Assembly (NCBI GenBank): GCA_051294375.1 | Contig: CM119269.1 | Location: 4,729,046 to 4,793,045 of the forward strand | Direction: 5' to 3' | Length of the DNA: 64,000 nucleotides | Source of the DNA: Paraspadella gotoi | Lineage: Eukaryota > Animalia > Chaetognatha | Part shown: positions 1-12,023 of the stretch, piece after piece | How the letters are laid out: the number at the start of each line of letters is the position of its first letter | Position numbering within the stretch: the stretch's first letter is position 1 | The notes under the pieces: model-generated | Databases searched by the model: none | Seen by the model: only the letters and a program-made list of their open reading frames with translations | What the model was told of the DNA's origin: nothing | Made by a program: the position numbers and the translations under genes

Positions 1-1177
1 TGCCTTCTTGAAAACTTGTGTCCGAAAAGAGAGTACTTTTTCCCTTCTGCAAAAAAAAAAATTGAATGGAAACTAAGAAAAGTAAGGAACAGTTAGAACT
101 CGGAAACGGCGTATACGCCTTTAAAAAAAGCTTTTACTGCGCTGGGACCTAGGTTGAAAAACATAGTTTTAAATTAATGCAAATAACATTAAGATTCAAA
201 ATGGATAAATTACTAAATAGTCATAACGCATGAAAGTTAGTTTGAAGATGTTTTACTGTCTATATGTCTTGTCCAATTCTCCTTTTAACAGATTAGTCGG
301 CTTCATATTACAACTAGTTCTCAGGAAAAATGACATTAAATCATTATAAATATAATATATGCAAGCCAGAAGAGTTACGCCAGCTAATTTCTCAATGAGA
401 TACGTCGTCCCATTTGGCTCACGAGAGAGACGAACGGCACTAAGTAAGCGGATTATTGTAAAAAAAAAAAAGGAAGCAATTACAAAGCAGGAAGCAATTA
501 CGAAAAAGTAATGAAATTAACATTCGGTTTCTCCCTTTCCATAATTCTTCTTAATTAGATTAAATTTCTTAAACCATCGAACCTTGACTTTGAAAATGAA
601 GGGAAAGGGGAAAAAATGGAAAGAGTTGGAAAGAGTTGGAAGGAGGGGGGGAGGGGGGAAAAAGACGGAAAGAGGAAAATTGCTGCGAGAGAATGAGATA
701 ACTCCGGCGTTAATCCGCAATATCGAGCGATAAAGGGATAGAAGAAAAGAGAGACAGAACGCGACTGAGTTCGAGAGAGAGGGAGACGAATGAACAAATA
801 AAAAAAATTTTTCATACTGAAGAGACTGTTTAGTATGTATAAGCAGTCCGAGCTTCGTGGCAGGTTGTAACACCATGTTAGAGTTAAGTTAAGCGCCCCG
901 AATAAAAGGGACTTGAACATAGGTGTGTGGAAGACCACGACATAGAGAGTAGGGAGACAGACACATGTTATAAGCGAGGTAAAACATTGGAGAGGTATAA
1001 CATAGTGAATATGTTGAAACATAGGCAAAAACGTAATGTGTATGTGAAGGTTGGAACGTTTGTGTATCTATCTTGTAAGAATTTAAAATTCTACCCAAAC
1101 AGGTTTTGACGCTAATGTTCCTAATTCGAATAATCAATTATATACATAATATTGTGGCATATTTATTTTGTTGACAG

Positions 1178-1580
1178 TTTTTCGCGTAATGAAAGTGAAA
1201 GCGATTCCGGCGTTCTTCTCGGACAGACCGGTCTCTAATCGATTTCTCGCCGTTTTCGAATTGAGCCGTGGAGTTCATATCGGTCATCTAGAATCCAATC
1301 GGGTTAGAAATTATGAGATATTCTTCAACTCTTTTAGTTTTACGTAGTATGTCTCGTTTCATTTACCACGCTATCTTTCTATCTAGGGATTTTTCTCTGA
1401 CAAGATTCAACAAGAAGGTGAATTTCCCGTTAAGAGTTATTCTCTCTCGAATGAGCTGAACGAACCAGATTCACGAACCTCGGTGCTCTCGCCCGAAGTG
1501 GAATTTCATAACGTCTTCGAATTTTTCGATAAATCCAGAAGAAAGGATTCCCTCTCTAGTCCCCCGGCATCGGGCGACAG
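1178..1580 (+). CDS. Two putative exons (1178-1302, 1387-1580) of an unknown protein
   Basis: Acceptors ttttgttgacag| (1177) and tctttctatctag| (1386); donors CGG|gttaga (1303) and AG|gttggt (1581). An 84-nt intron joins the exons in one open frame: FRVMKVKAIPAFFSDRPVSNRFLAVFELSRGVHIGHLESNR|GFFSDKIQQEGEFPVKSYSLSNELNEPDSRTSVLSPEVEFHNVFEFFDKSRRKDSLSSPPASGDR. GC is higher than in the flanks. No recognisable family. Confidence 0.35.
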
Positions 1581-1983
1581 GTTGGTCCAATTGTTTTTAA
1601 TTTTTATTTTGACTATTGTCTGACAATAAATTCAATATTTAAATATTACAGAAGACCGATTAAACGTAATAATTTTTAAAAAATTAAACAAATAGCTTAA
1701 TTAATTTTTATCCTCTTTTACGAAATATTACAAACTGTAAGAGACATAATTGTTATGAGTTAGTGACAGAACCGTTCAATATAAGCAACCCCCGGCCTCG
1801 GATCAGGCTGTAACACCGTGTTACAGGCGGGTTAAGCGCCCCGTCCCTCCCAACTGCCAGGCGACCACCGGGCTAGGGTTTGGAGGTGAATGACTTGCCT
1901 CCTGCACCAAAGATCGCTGATGAACGGTTGATGGATTTTAGTCCACCATAAAACGAAAAAATATACAATGATAATAATCATAC

Positions 1984-2314
1984 AATAATTCATTCTCTCA
2001 TAATAAGCGAAAATCCCTGTAAGCAAAAAAGTATATTATTGCGCAAACTGAGATTAAATGGATTAACAAAGCACCGACCAGTGGGAGTGAGTTGGTTGCG
2101 GACTTCGAATAGTAAAGTTACCCAAACTTCTTTTAAGACAAACTAAACGAGAGTTAATTGACTATGTATATTATAATAATATACTATATACTATAGTATA
2201 CTATAGTATAGTATACTATATATATAGTATAGTATACTATATATACTATAATATACTATAAAGTCGCAACGCAAGAAACACTTTACGAATGCAGTAGCAA
2301 CTTCGCAATGACAT
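1984..2314 (-). CDS. Possible small-exon gene start divergent from TMEM104 (exons 2314-2287, 2129-2079, 2016-1984)
   Basis: ATG in an aaaaaATG context. Three GT-AG-bounded pieces join in frame to MSLRSCYCIQVWVTLLFEVRNQLTPTGIFAYYERMNY. One donor (gtcggt) is weak and no homology is recognised. Confidence 0.25.
2161..2260. repeat. (TATAG/CTATA)n AT-rich simple repeat
   Basis: Iterated tactata/tatagta units seen directly. Confidence 0.8.
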
Positions 2315-2867
2315 TTTTTAAGCAGGTAATATTCATGAGAGACTTCAACAATAACTGCAAGATCAGAATTCTAGTTCAGTAAAATTTTTTCACGAGATAT
2401 TTTAATCATGGTAACACATTCACTGTCATGTTCAGAAACGACCACTGAAAAATATTAACAAGTATGGCTTTTATCATATGCAATACAATGCGCGCGCATA
2501 AAAACAACTATTTTTAAAACATCCACGCCTTGTAGTAGTTTATAATTTTTTTTATTTCATTGTATATAAAAGTAAAAAGCCAAAAAAAAAAAAAAATTAT
2601 AATTGTATGTTTTGTGTGGCACTAAAGCATTACAATTCTTTCAGTTGAATAAGACTATCATGACTTGAACATTTTTCCTCGATTTGCCCGCATAATCGGG
2701 CCATGAAAAATTTGTTAAAAAACGATAAGCAATAAGGATCAACGATAATTAAGTCGATTCCGCCTTTTAATCAATTCGAACTTTAACCCAAAAACTGATC
2801 TCCAGCAAACTCCCTATTAAACTTTTAGACATCTGAAAAACGTTAAGAAAGTCGCAAAACAGGAAAA

Positions 2868-5276
2868 ATGGCGAGCGATACAACAGATTTTGGAACAACA
2901 TATTCTGCGACAGTAGGAATGGTTTATGTCTTTAACCTGATAGTTGGAACCGGAACACTCGCTTTGCCCGAAGCATTTGGCAATAGTGGATGGCTTATAA
3001 GGTAATGTTTTCATGATTTGAACAGGGGGTGTATATATCGTTTTAGAATATATAAAAAATCCAGACATAATTTAAGAAAAATAGTAAATCGTTTCATTTT
3101 TATTTTCCAGTTTAATTCTTATTGTGTTTCTTGCATTCACATCATATATGACAGTTACTTTTGTGGTTGAAAGTATGGCTTGCGCAAATGCTAAAGACCG
3201 TTGGATTAAAAGACAGGTAGCTTACGAATTTTTAACTAGTTTTGTTAAAAAAAATTTAATTATTAAAAAATAATTTTAGAAAATTAGAAAACGTAATCAA
3301 GGGGATGGTTTGCCCGAAATTCCTGTGGATCAGCTTAATGAACATTATGATATTAGAACCTCAAGAGAGGAAGTATCTACTGATACTGAAGACCAACCTT
3401 TGCTCGCTTCTCAGTCGAGGTAAGCTTTAGTTAAAATAAGCTCTAGTAATCATGTAATGCTGTAGAAAAGTTTTCAAAAGCTTTTAACTTCGATCAATGG
3501 TGTCAATATAGATATTTAAGAGCAACTTAGTCATTGACAGTCAATCATGAAAATGGATAATGTTTATTATCCGTATAGTAAATCAAATTCCGTTCTTTTG
3601 TTTGCATAATGTATACTGTATAGTAATATCTAATGAACCAGTGTTCGCAGCATAATATTTGTAAAATAAGGTGACCGTTTAACCCATCTCCATAAAAGTA
3701 ATAAATAATAATTAGCCGTTAATCTGGTTAGTAAGATTTTTAAAATTCTTAACTTTTTTAAGTATAATATCTAGCAAAGGAAAATTTATAGCGTTTTTAT
3801 AAATGTCGACTTAATTTCTTATACCATGGTTATTTTTGTCATATAGAATTCAAATTTCTGTACAGCTTCAAGAGACTTATTAAATTTCTTCACCTGGATA
3901 AATATTTTAAATTAAAAGATGATACGGAAATTCTGCCTTTGGATACCACACCTTGTTCAAAGAATTACTTTGATAATACAAAGAGCTCCCAAGATGTAGT
4001 TCCTTCGTGAGCATCATTATCATATATATTTATAGATATAGTAAAAATAAAAAACATTAGATTGGTATTAATTAGGGTCTGTTTAAATTTTCATTTCAGT
4101 ATTATTTTTTTCAAAACCTACATAAGTGGTGTAATAATGTTTTAGTTACCCTATCAAAGGTCTGGATCTTTTTTATCAGGCCATCGAGGCATAATGATAA
4201 TCGCTCTTTTTTAGTATGCTGGACAAAAATGATTATTATGACATCACCCAAAAAATGGAATTGGGAAAAATGGCTTCTATGTTTTATAACAAAGTTGGTC
4301 TTTATCTCTTTTATATTTGCATCATTGTATATTTGTATGGAGATTTAGGTATGCTTTTCCAAATTTAAGCCTTGTTAAATCTCAAAGCAATCGTTTATGG
4401 TTAAAATTTTACATTCACTGATTTGGATTTTTAATTTTTATTAGTAACCATACATAAAAATTTAATTATTTATAATTTTTAAAAATTTGTTTTTACTTAC
4501 CTAACCTTTGTTTAACCCTAAACTACCCATAGATTTTAAAAAAACCTTTTCCTTTATATTGTAAGATCAGGTAAATAAGATTTTTTTAAATGGTTAGTTG
4601 TGCTAAAGAAGCTGAGCTGCTGTTGTCTAATAGTTTAACCAGTATTCAAGTATTGAAAAATATTTAAAAAATATATTTGTTTTAGCGATATATGCTGCTG
4701 CTGTACCGAAATCATTGAGAGATGTTGTATGTACTTACGACCCAAATAACAAAACAAGCAGCAATAAGGTAATAAGGAAGTGTACTTTATTTTCTTATAA
4801 ATCTATTTAAAACATTTTAATTATAATTAGATATAAAATTGATAGTTTTAATTGGCGGAGTTTATTTAAACAGAGTCTGGAAGAATGGCAGCCATGTTTT
4901 CAATTTCGTCAAAATGGGTTGACGAGATTTCAAATGTATCAAGTATTTTTGACCGTATTTGTGGTTTGTTTGGTTCCTTTTACATTCTTCAATGTTCAAA
5001 AGACTAAATATCTTCAAATACTGACGACAGTGTTCAGGTATATATTTGGTGAAACCTTAAGGTTCGAGGTGCTTCACTCTTTCAGCCAATTACGTTTTTG
5101 TTTAAAAATTAATTATTACGATTGCTGACTTATTGAAATGTTACGTATTGGGTATAGTTAACTGCCCTACAAAATTTTTTTCAGTGAATAACGTTCATTT
5201 AAATTTTATATAATGCCTTTCAGGTGGTTGGCGTTTATCGTAATGATAACTCTGGCTTCAGTTCGACTATACACCG
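2868..5276 (+). CDS. TMEM104: TMEM104 (SLC38A12-like amino-acid transporter family), N-terminal ~271 aa; exons 2868-3001, 3111-3216, 3280-3419, 4215-4348, 4686-4768, 4874-5037, 5224-5276; 3' half not found in window
   Basis: All six introns are GT-AG with consistent phases (2,0,2,1,0,2). The spliced product MASDTTDFGTTYSATVGMVYVFNLIVGTGTLALPEAFGNSGWLISLILIVFLAFTSYMTVTFVVESMACANA...MELGKMASMFYNKVGLYLFYICIIVYLYGDLAIYAAAVPKSL...PFTFFNVQKTKYLQILTTVFRWLAFIVMITLA matches motifs I recall from TMEM104 (FNLIVGTG, YLYGDLAIYAAAVP, FTFFxVQKTKYLQ). Confidence 0.93.
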
Positions 5277-5728
5277 GTGCGTATGGACTTTATTTATTTC
5301 AATACATGATATTTTTTTTTTCAAAAAAAATGACGAATTCATGTACTGCATTGGTTAGTCACACAGAATAAACGAAGCAAACGTTTTTTTTGCGCTATTG
5401 AGTACGCTAGTTAAGTGTCCCGCTCCTTGTACTACTCACTGTTGCATAGTTACGCGATTTGTTTTCGTCAACGTTTGACAACAACAAACAACTTTAAATT
5501 TTGCTGTTAATGTGTTTATATAAACGTTTCGTGTTTATTTTATTTTTATTCCTCCGTTTTGAATTTTCGCGAATTATTTAAAACTTTTTTGGCTTTTGTT
5601 CATCGTCGACTTCCCAACGATTGCGAACAGGTAACTTCTTTAATAAAATTGCCATGATTTATCATTTTAATTGTTTTGTAGTATCGGCGGATACTACAGT
5701 TACATATTTGGGTGATTGAACCAGGGCC

Positions 5729-6239
5729 ATGAATAATCCTTTACGGACATTGGCGTTTGGACTGGACGAATTTCGGAGTTCGGATCGATTTTGCGACACG
5801 ACTCTGGTTTGTTCAAATAATTATCAAGTAGAAACGGAAACTGTCACGGTTCTCGATCAACGAGGTAAACAATACTTGAAACAATATTACGTTTTTCGAA
5901 CACCAACTTTTTCCACCGTTTATTAGCTGTCGATGATTTGTTCGCGAGAAATCCACAAAACGTGGCTCACAAGGCTCACCGTGCGGTCTTGGAAGCAGCG
6001 TGCGACGCATTCGGCGGAGGTAAGTGTCATGCCTCAGTATCTTACCTCAATTTTTTTCAATTATTATTTTTTTTCATACCGTATTTCAGAGGAAGCGAAA
6101 GATGCTAAGGCGTTTTATTTGGGAGGCTGTCGACCGAGTGTCGTTGAATTGTGCCTGAAGTATGTTTACGGCCAGGGCGAAAATGATCTTAAAAGCGGGA
6201 TGGACTTGGGCGTGACTTGTAAGGAAGAAATACTTCAAG
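5729..6239 (+). CDS. BTB/POZ-domain protein, N-terminal part; exons 5729-5864, 5927-6019, 6090-6239 (probable 5' UTR intron 5631-5681)
   Basis: GT-AG introns of 62 and 70 nt, both phase 1. Product MNNPLRTLAFGLDEFRSSDRFCDTTLVC...AHKAHRAVLEAACDAFGG...RPSVVELCLKYVYGQ contains the BTB hallmarks FCDxxL, AHRAVLxA and LxYxY. No BACK, Kelch or zinc-finger exons found downstream. Confidence 0.75.
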
Positions 6240-8862
6240 GTCCGGTACTTGTTTAATAAAGTCCTATTAAGTTATACGCGTTAATCGTTTCACACCTCAA
6301 ACATAAAAATTGTAATTAAAATAAATTTAAACTATTATTTATTATAAAATTTGTATTAACTGAACAATTCTGCAATCTGCAGCCTTCACGCAAGCAATTT
6401 AAGCGGATTGACTTAACCCAACCAAAGCATCAAAATCTGGGCTAAAGGGATGATGCATAATTGCATATCCGTATGGGCTGACATTGGCGGCAAGTTTATC
6501 CTAAAAAAGTAAAAAAATTAGGAGTGGCTAATAGTTTAATTTTAAAAGATAAGTAATTTAAATATAATACTGTAACCCATACAGCAAAATATCAACTGCA
6601 TTAATTTTTTATTACAAAAAGAATCATATCAAGCAGAGGTGAGTAACACGGTTGTTCTGAAGTTTCCACAGTTTCCAAGTTTTCCAGGAAAAGAAGGAAC
6701 TGACATTTATTTATGTTGCGCCTGGGAACCTGACATATCAATTTTTTTATAGTAAGTTGTCACTAAAGAAGTCGTGAAACAGAAATCAGGGTTATTTGTG
6801 GTATTAAAACTTTGTCTGGGTAAGAAACCGAATCATCTTATGATAAAAAAATGTTTTGCCTGAAGAGAGAGAATTTTTTCGAGCGATACCGAGTTCATAC
6901 CAACATGTTCGGAAGGCATTTTAAGCATTTTTAAACCCATTTTAATAAATGTTTTTAGCATTTCAAAACCAATGAATTTTGTGTTATATGGTATGATAAT
7001 ATCCTCTTAATGGATGGTAGTGTAGAAGACGAAAATAATAATAATAAAAGTGAGGAGAAGGTGAAGAATTGTAGGTAGGTAGATCACATATCATTAATTT
7101 TTACTTCATGTCAGTGGATTTAGCTAACGTGGTATATACATATGAAAATTTTAAATGTCAATTAGGAACGACATACCACCAAAGAACATTAATTTGTAAA
7201 AAAAATAATAATTTTATGTTCTTCAATTTTCGCAGTAGGCTATATTTATATATAGTACTATCCATAAAAATTTTAAAAACTATATTTAATATATAAAATT
7301 TTAATTTTCAGCGTAAAATATAGGGTTTNNNNNNNNNNGTTGAATTTAAAATTTTTATTATGCTTTAGTAAACACTTCTTCCAGCAGCTTTCCATTACAT
7401 TTCAAAGGGGAAACGCTCACCTTCTAATAAACCGAGACCACAGAACTCAATAACTTACCATCAAAGCTTATCAGCATCTTTCCGAAAATACACAATATAC
7501 ACTAAATATATTTAAATACATAAATACACATTACAAGCAGCAAAAAAATTATGTTAAATTGCTCAATCTTTCATCACTCCACCCTACTCTATAATGAAAC
7601 ACCGTTGATGCCCTACGTTTAATTGCCTTTTCTTTCTAAAAATTATCTTTCTAACAATTATCTAATTCCAATTATAAATAATAATAACATTAACAAACAC
7701 TATTTGCTTTTTGTCTGCCCCCTCGTAAATCGACAACAATTCACGGCTCTTTTGTCTCTTTTCTTCGTCTCCTTCTGCTTAACATTTACTTTTCTTTCTC
7801 TTCTCCTTCTTCATCTGCTTCTTCTGCTTAACATTCAGTTTTCTCTCTCTACTTCTCGTTCATGACTCAGACTCTGTTAGTCTGGAAAGGAAAAGAGACC
7901 GAAAACAACTCTCGCCACAGCGAATTTTCTGTTTCTCACGAACATATTAAATTATTGTCTTTTCTTTCTCTGTCCAGGAAAAAATAAAGAAAAACACTTC
8001 ATTTTGTATTCGTCGCGTATTTTTTATTACCTTCGGACAATTTTACATTGAATTCGGACCTAATTCTCGTCGAAAGTTATGGATAATTAAATAAGTGCTA
8101 AAATAATCTTAAAAAAAAAGTAAATTCATTATGATTACCGAATTTTGAGGCTTTTATAATAAACTTTGGCTTATTTTTACATTCGCCGACCGAGATTTTG
8201 CTGTCGGTTTATTAGGACCCGCCGGTCCGTCCTTCTCCTAAAACGCCCCCGAGAATATTCGAAGAATTATCAAAATTATTATTTAAACACTCAAAAGAAT
8301 TACAAAATTCAGTATAAACTCAAAAACCAATGAATAAACTAAAGCACGAATGACGAAATGATCCAAACGATGAATCCTTGTGATGATATAAAGTTCGAAC
8401 TCAGATATCACGATTCGCGAGTCTTTGTATCTAACATTAAATGTTGGCCAATTACCATACAATCGCTTAACTTTCAATTCACCGAATGCATAATATTGTT
8501 GTTTCTCGTTTTTATTTCAGAAAAAAAAGTTTGAAGAGAGAAAAAAGAAAAAAAAAGGGAGAGAAAAAGAGTCTAAAAATATTTGTTTTACAAATCAATT
8601 CGTTTTTGCGCTGATGAAAGCTTACAATGAAGCTGAAACATGTCAGAAATTTATGTTTCTTTATAAAACTCGTACGTAAACAAACAAATTTTTATGTTTT
8701 ATCCAGTTAAAATTAGAAAACTAAAACTTGTGTACAGTAATTATATGATGAATGATAATGATGATGATTTTAAGGGTTTTTTCCCTATTTAACCCACTTA
8801 TCATCAAAATATTAAAAAACGAATTGTGTTTTTTTTTTTTCTTTCGTTTCGTTGTGATTTGA

Positions 8863-9243
8863 TTTAGAACAAAGTTTGAAGAGAGATTTAACAACGATTT
8901 TTATTTCATAGTGAAACGGACATGTTTTCCGACTCACATACGAGTCTTCTTCAGCGCCATTCAATTTGTGAATTTGAAGAGAATTTGTTGCACAAACTAT
9001 CTCTGTCCTCCACCTTCACCTGTCCCTAATAAAAAAACTGAACACTATCCTTTCTCTCAAACCTCTGTGTTGGAAACTTTGCTCTGTCTCTCTCTCTCTC
9101 TCTCTCTTTCTTTAGGCACAAAATTCTCTTCAAATTCACAATTGAATTGGCGCTGAAGAAGACTCGGTATGTGAGTCGAAACATGTCCGTTTCACTATGA
9201 AATAAAAATCGTTGTTAAATCTCTCTTCAAACTTTGTTCTAAA
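8863..9243. repeat. Fold-back palindrome with ~125-bp inverted arms and a ~125-bp loop
   Basis: tttagaacaaagtttgaagagagatttaacaacg... (8863) is the reverse complement of ...cgttgttaaatctctcttcaaactttgttctaaa (9243). It is absent from the other two copies of this segment. Confidence 0.85.
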
Positions 9244-10242
9244 AAACGAATTATAATTTGTTACATAACTTTTTATGGGGCTATCTGAATATTTTTTCAT
9301 TGCTTATTCATTGATAAATATTTAAATAATTTAATTTAGACTGTGCTTCACTAGTTAAAAAAAATGATAGTAATATTGATTAAGTATATGATGGACAAAT
9401 GTATTTGATATTACAAAACTCTTAATGTAAAAAGTGATAAATTTTTTGCCCGCCTATCGTTCGGTCGGTCCGTCACTCAAAGTCGCCTGACAACTTCATT
9501 TCCAGTCAAAAGCAGTATGCGACTTAAAATGAACCACCAATTGAAGTTGTTTTTTTTTTTTTAAATTTCGACCAGTTACGCGTCATAGAAGCAAAGACAG
9601 CAGCAATAAAAAACACGTCCTCTCGAGAAAGTTTTCGGTCTTCCTAATTTATTTCTAACTTTCTTTAATTCATGATAAATTGATAAGTCATGAAGAAATT
9701 TTTTGTTCGATTTCAATTGAGACAAAATAAGAATTATAAAACGGAAACATTGCGAAAACACCATTTGCAGAATTACGGAGTTAAAAAATTAAGCTAAATC
9801 GTAATACGTAATACTAATTATAACCCGTGAGCCAAATTCACTGACACGAAACAAATCATTGTTAGGTTTACTGCATCGAGATAAACGTAATCCTGTTTTG
9901 TTTTTTTTTTTTTTTTTGATAGATAAAAGATGCTGGATATTCTTTCTGATAAAAATTTTATTCAAAAAGATATAGTATATTAATAACTTAAAATAATTTG
10001 TTTTATATATTTTGGGCTTTATTGACCTTTATTGACAATGACAGGTCCAAAAACGCAATCACTTTCTAAGTATTGAGAGAGAGACGTTAGGAGATCTGTT
10101 ATCGAAAATCCGCGGCCGAAATTGAACCAAAATATTTTGAAGTAACAGGAATGACGCTTCGAGGTTCGGTCACAGAAAAGGAAAAAAAAGCGAAAAGTTA
10201 TGTATGTAGTCGGGCATTGCCAAGGTTTACCCCTTCAGTTGT

Positions 10243-10475
10243 GACCAGGTGGCTCATTGAGTAAAGCCATCATCTCATGACCACAAGGTACCTGTTTCAA
10301 TCCCAACCTGGTACCTACCCTGCGGGAAGAGTGAGGACGGCCGTAAGCCGCCTCGGGGGCGTGGCAAGCCCTCAAGCCTGGTTCCAAGCCCAGGACCCGT
10401 TCCATGTCTGCGAGAGCGGGTTATAGAAGTTATGGATAGTCATCTTCTGCCCACTTAGCGCCAATATCCACATGT
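10243..10475 (+). mobile_element. tRNA-derived SINE-like element (copy 1)
   Basis: tRNA-like head with A-box TGGCTCAttGAG and B-box GTTTCAATCC, followed by a GC-rich body (gtgaggacggccgtaagccg...) in an AT-rich background. Confidence 0.6.
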
Positions 10476-10816
10476 TCGGTTTTAAAGGTAAATAAATGAA
10501 ATTAAGTGTCTGGTCACAAATTATCATTCGATTTCGATGCCAATTGTACGACTTTTTATAAGAAAGAAACTTTGGTGGATTCATTATCAAAGTTTTAATA
10601 TTAATTTGTTTACAAAAAAAATCATTCCATATAAGAAGCGTTAAATAATTCATTTATTATTCGCTCATTCATTATTAATATAATGTGATTTGTTATTTAT
10701 TGCTTTCCCCTTAGTTATCAAGAGCTATTAATTATCATAAGATAGGTATTGCGTTTTATAAGTTAACGATTTGTTAGTGGTGACTGTTCTTTGTTGTATT
10801 CCTCTTCTATCTGGTA

Positions 10817-11274
10817 CAGTGTAGGCGTGAAAAAAAAACGGTTAATTTTAAAAATTTTAATTATTGGTTAAAATGCTAAAATTTAACTGGTTAACCGTTA
10901 AAACCGTTAAAAACGGTTAATTTGCCAATCATTTTAATGATAAAAATAAGTAACAAAAAATATTTTTTTATTTTCAATAAAAATGAATTAACGTTTTTTT
11001 TTCTAATTAAAATAAATTCATAGTTTGAAATTAAAAATTATTTTTCACTTTTAATACTTACATATATAATCTAAAATAAGGGAAAAAAGTTTTGAGAAAT
11101 AGTTGACAGCCTTGCAAAGGAAAACCATAGTACTTAAAACAAATAAAAGTTTAAATTAGTAAATTTTAAAATTAACAGGTTAATTTTACCAAATTAACCG
11201 ATAGGTTAAAATCATTTTTAATCGGTGATTAACGGTTAACCGTTAATCGATTAAAACGCCTCGTCCCACCCCTG
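10817..11274. mobile_element. Non-autonomous DNA transposon/MITE, TA-flanked, with subterminal TTAACCG/CGGTTAA arrays (copy 1)
   Basis: ta|CAGTGTAGGCG ... CCCACCCCTG|ta imperfect terminal inverted repeats; many ttaaccg motifs clustered at both ends; AT-rich core. Confidence 0.6.
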
Positions 11275-11545
11275 TAAATAGCGTTAGAGCATCCCTGTCG
11301 GATAAAAAACAGATTCTGGTAGAAATAAATAAAAAATATTATTACAAGATTTTCTTTCGTTTGTCTTAACATTTTTTTTCTCTTTTAACTTTTTCTTTTT
11401 TTTTCCTTTTTCTTTTTTTCCTTTTTCTCTTTTCCCTCCTTTTCCTTTCCTTTTCTCCGCCAGCGGTTTTTCTTATTTCACAGTCAATTTGATGCTTCGG
11501 CGGCGGAATTTGGAAGCCAAAAAGAAGGTCGCGATCGAGAGGAGG

Positions 11546-11630
<85 letters not shown>

Positions 11631-11947
11631 TATGAAAAGATGAAAACGGAGAAACATATTAGAAGATTAGTAGATTAGAAATGCGAACAGATTTTCATTC
11701 AAAATAATATTGTTATGTATCTTTTCAGGAGCGGATGAACCCGTCAAAACATATGAAGAATCCTAACTGAATGCGACTGTCGCTCGCTCGTCTTTTGATA
11801 GTCTTTTTTTTTGGGGGGGGGGGGGGGGTTGGCAGAAGGAGGTTTTTCGTTGCACAAGAGAATCGTTTTAAGGTATGGAAAAAAAAGATGTTTTGTTCCT
11901 TAGAGAAAAAAACGATCCAGTTCCGTTGACGATCTGGGCGTTTAGAA

Positions 11948-12023
<76 letters not shown>

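Noticed and set aside
1917-1958. Hammerhead ribozyme-like CTGATGA ... CGAAA
   Set aside because: Stem II does not close directly after CTGATGA, and I could not form stems I and III with a cleavage triplet.
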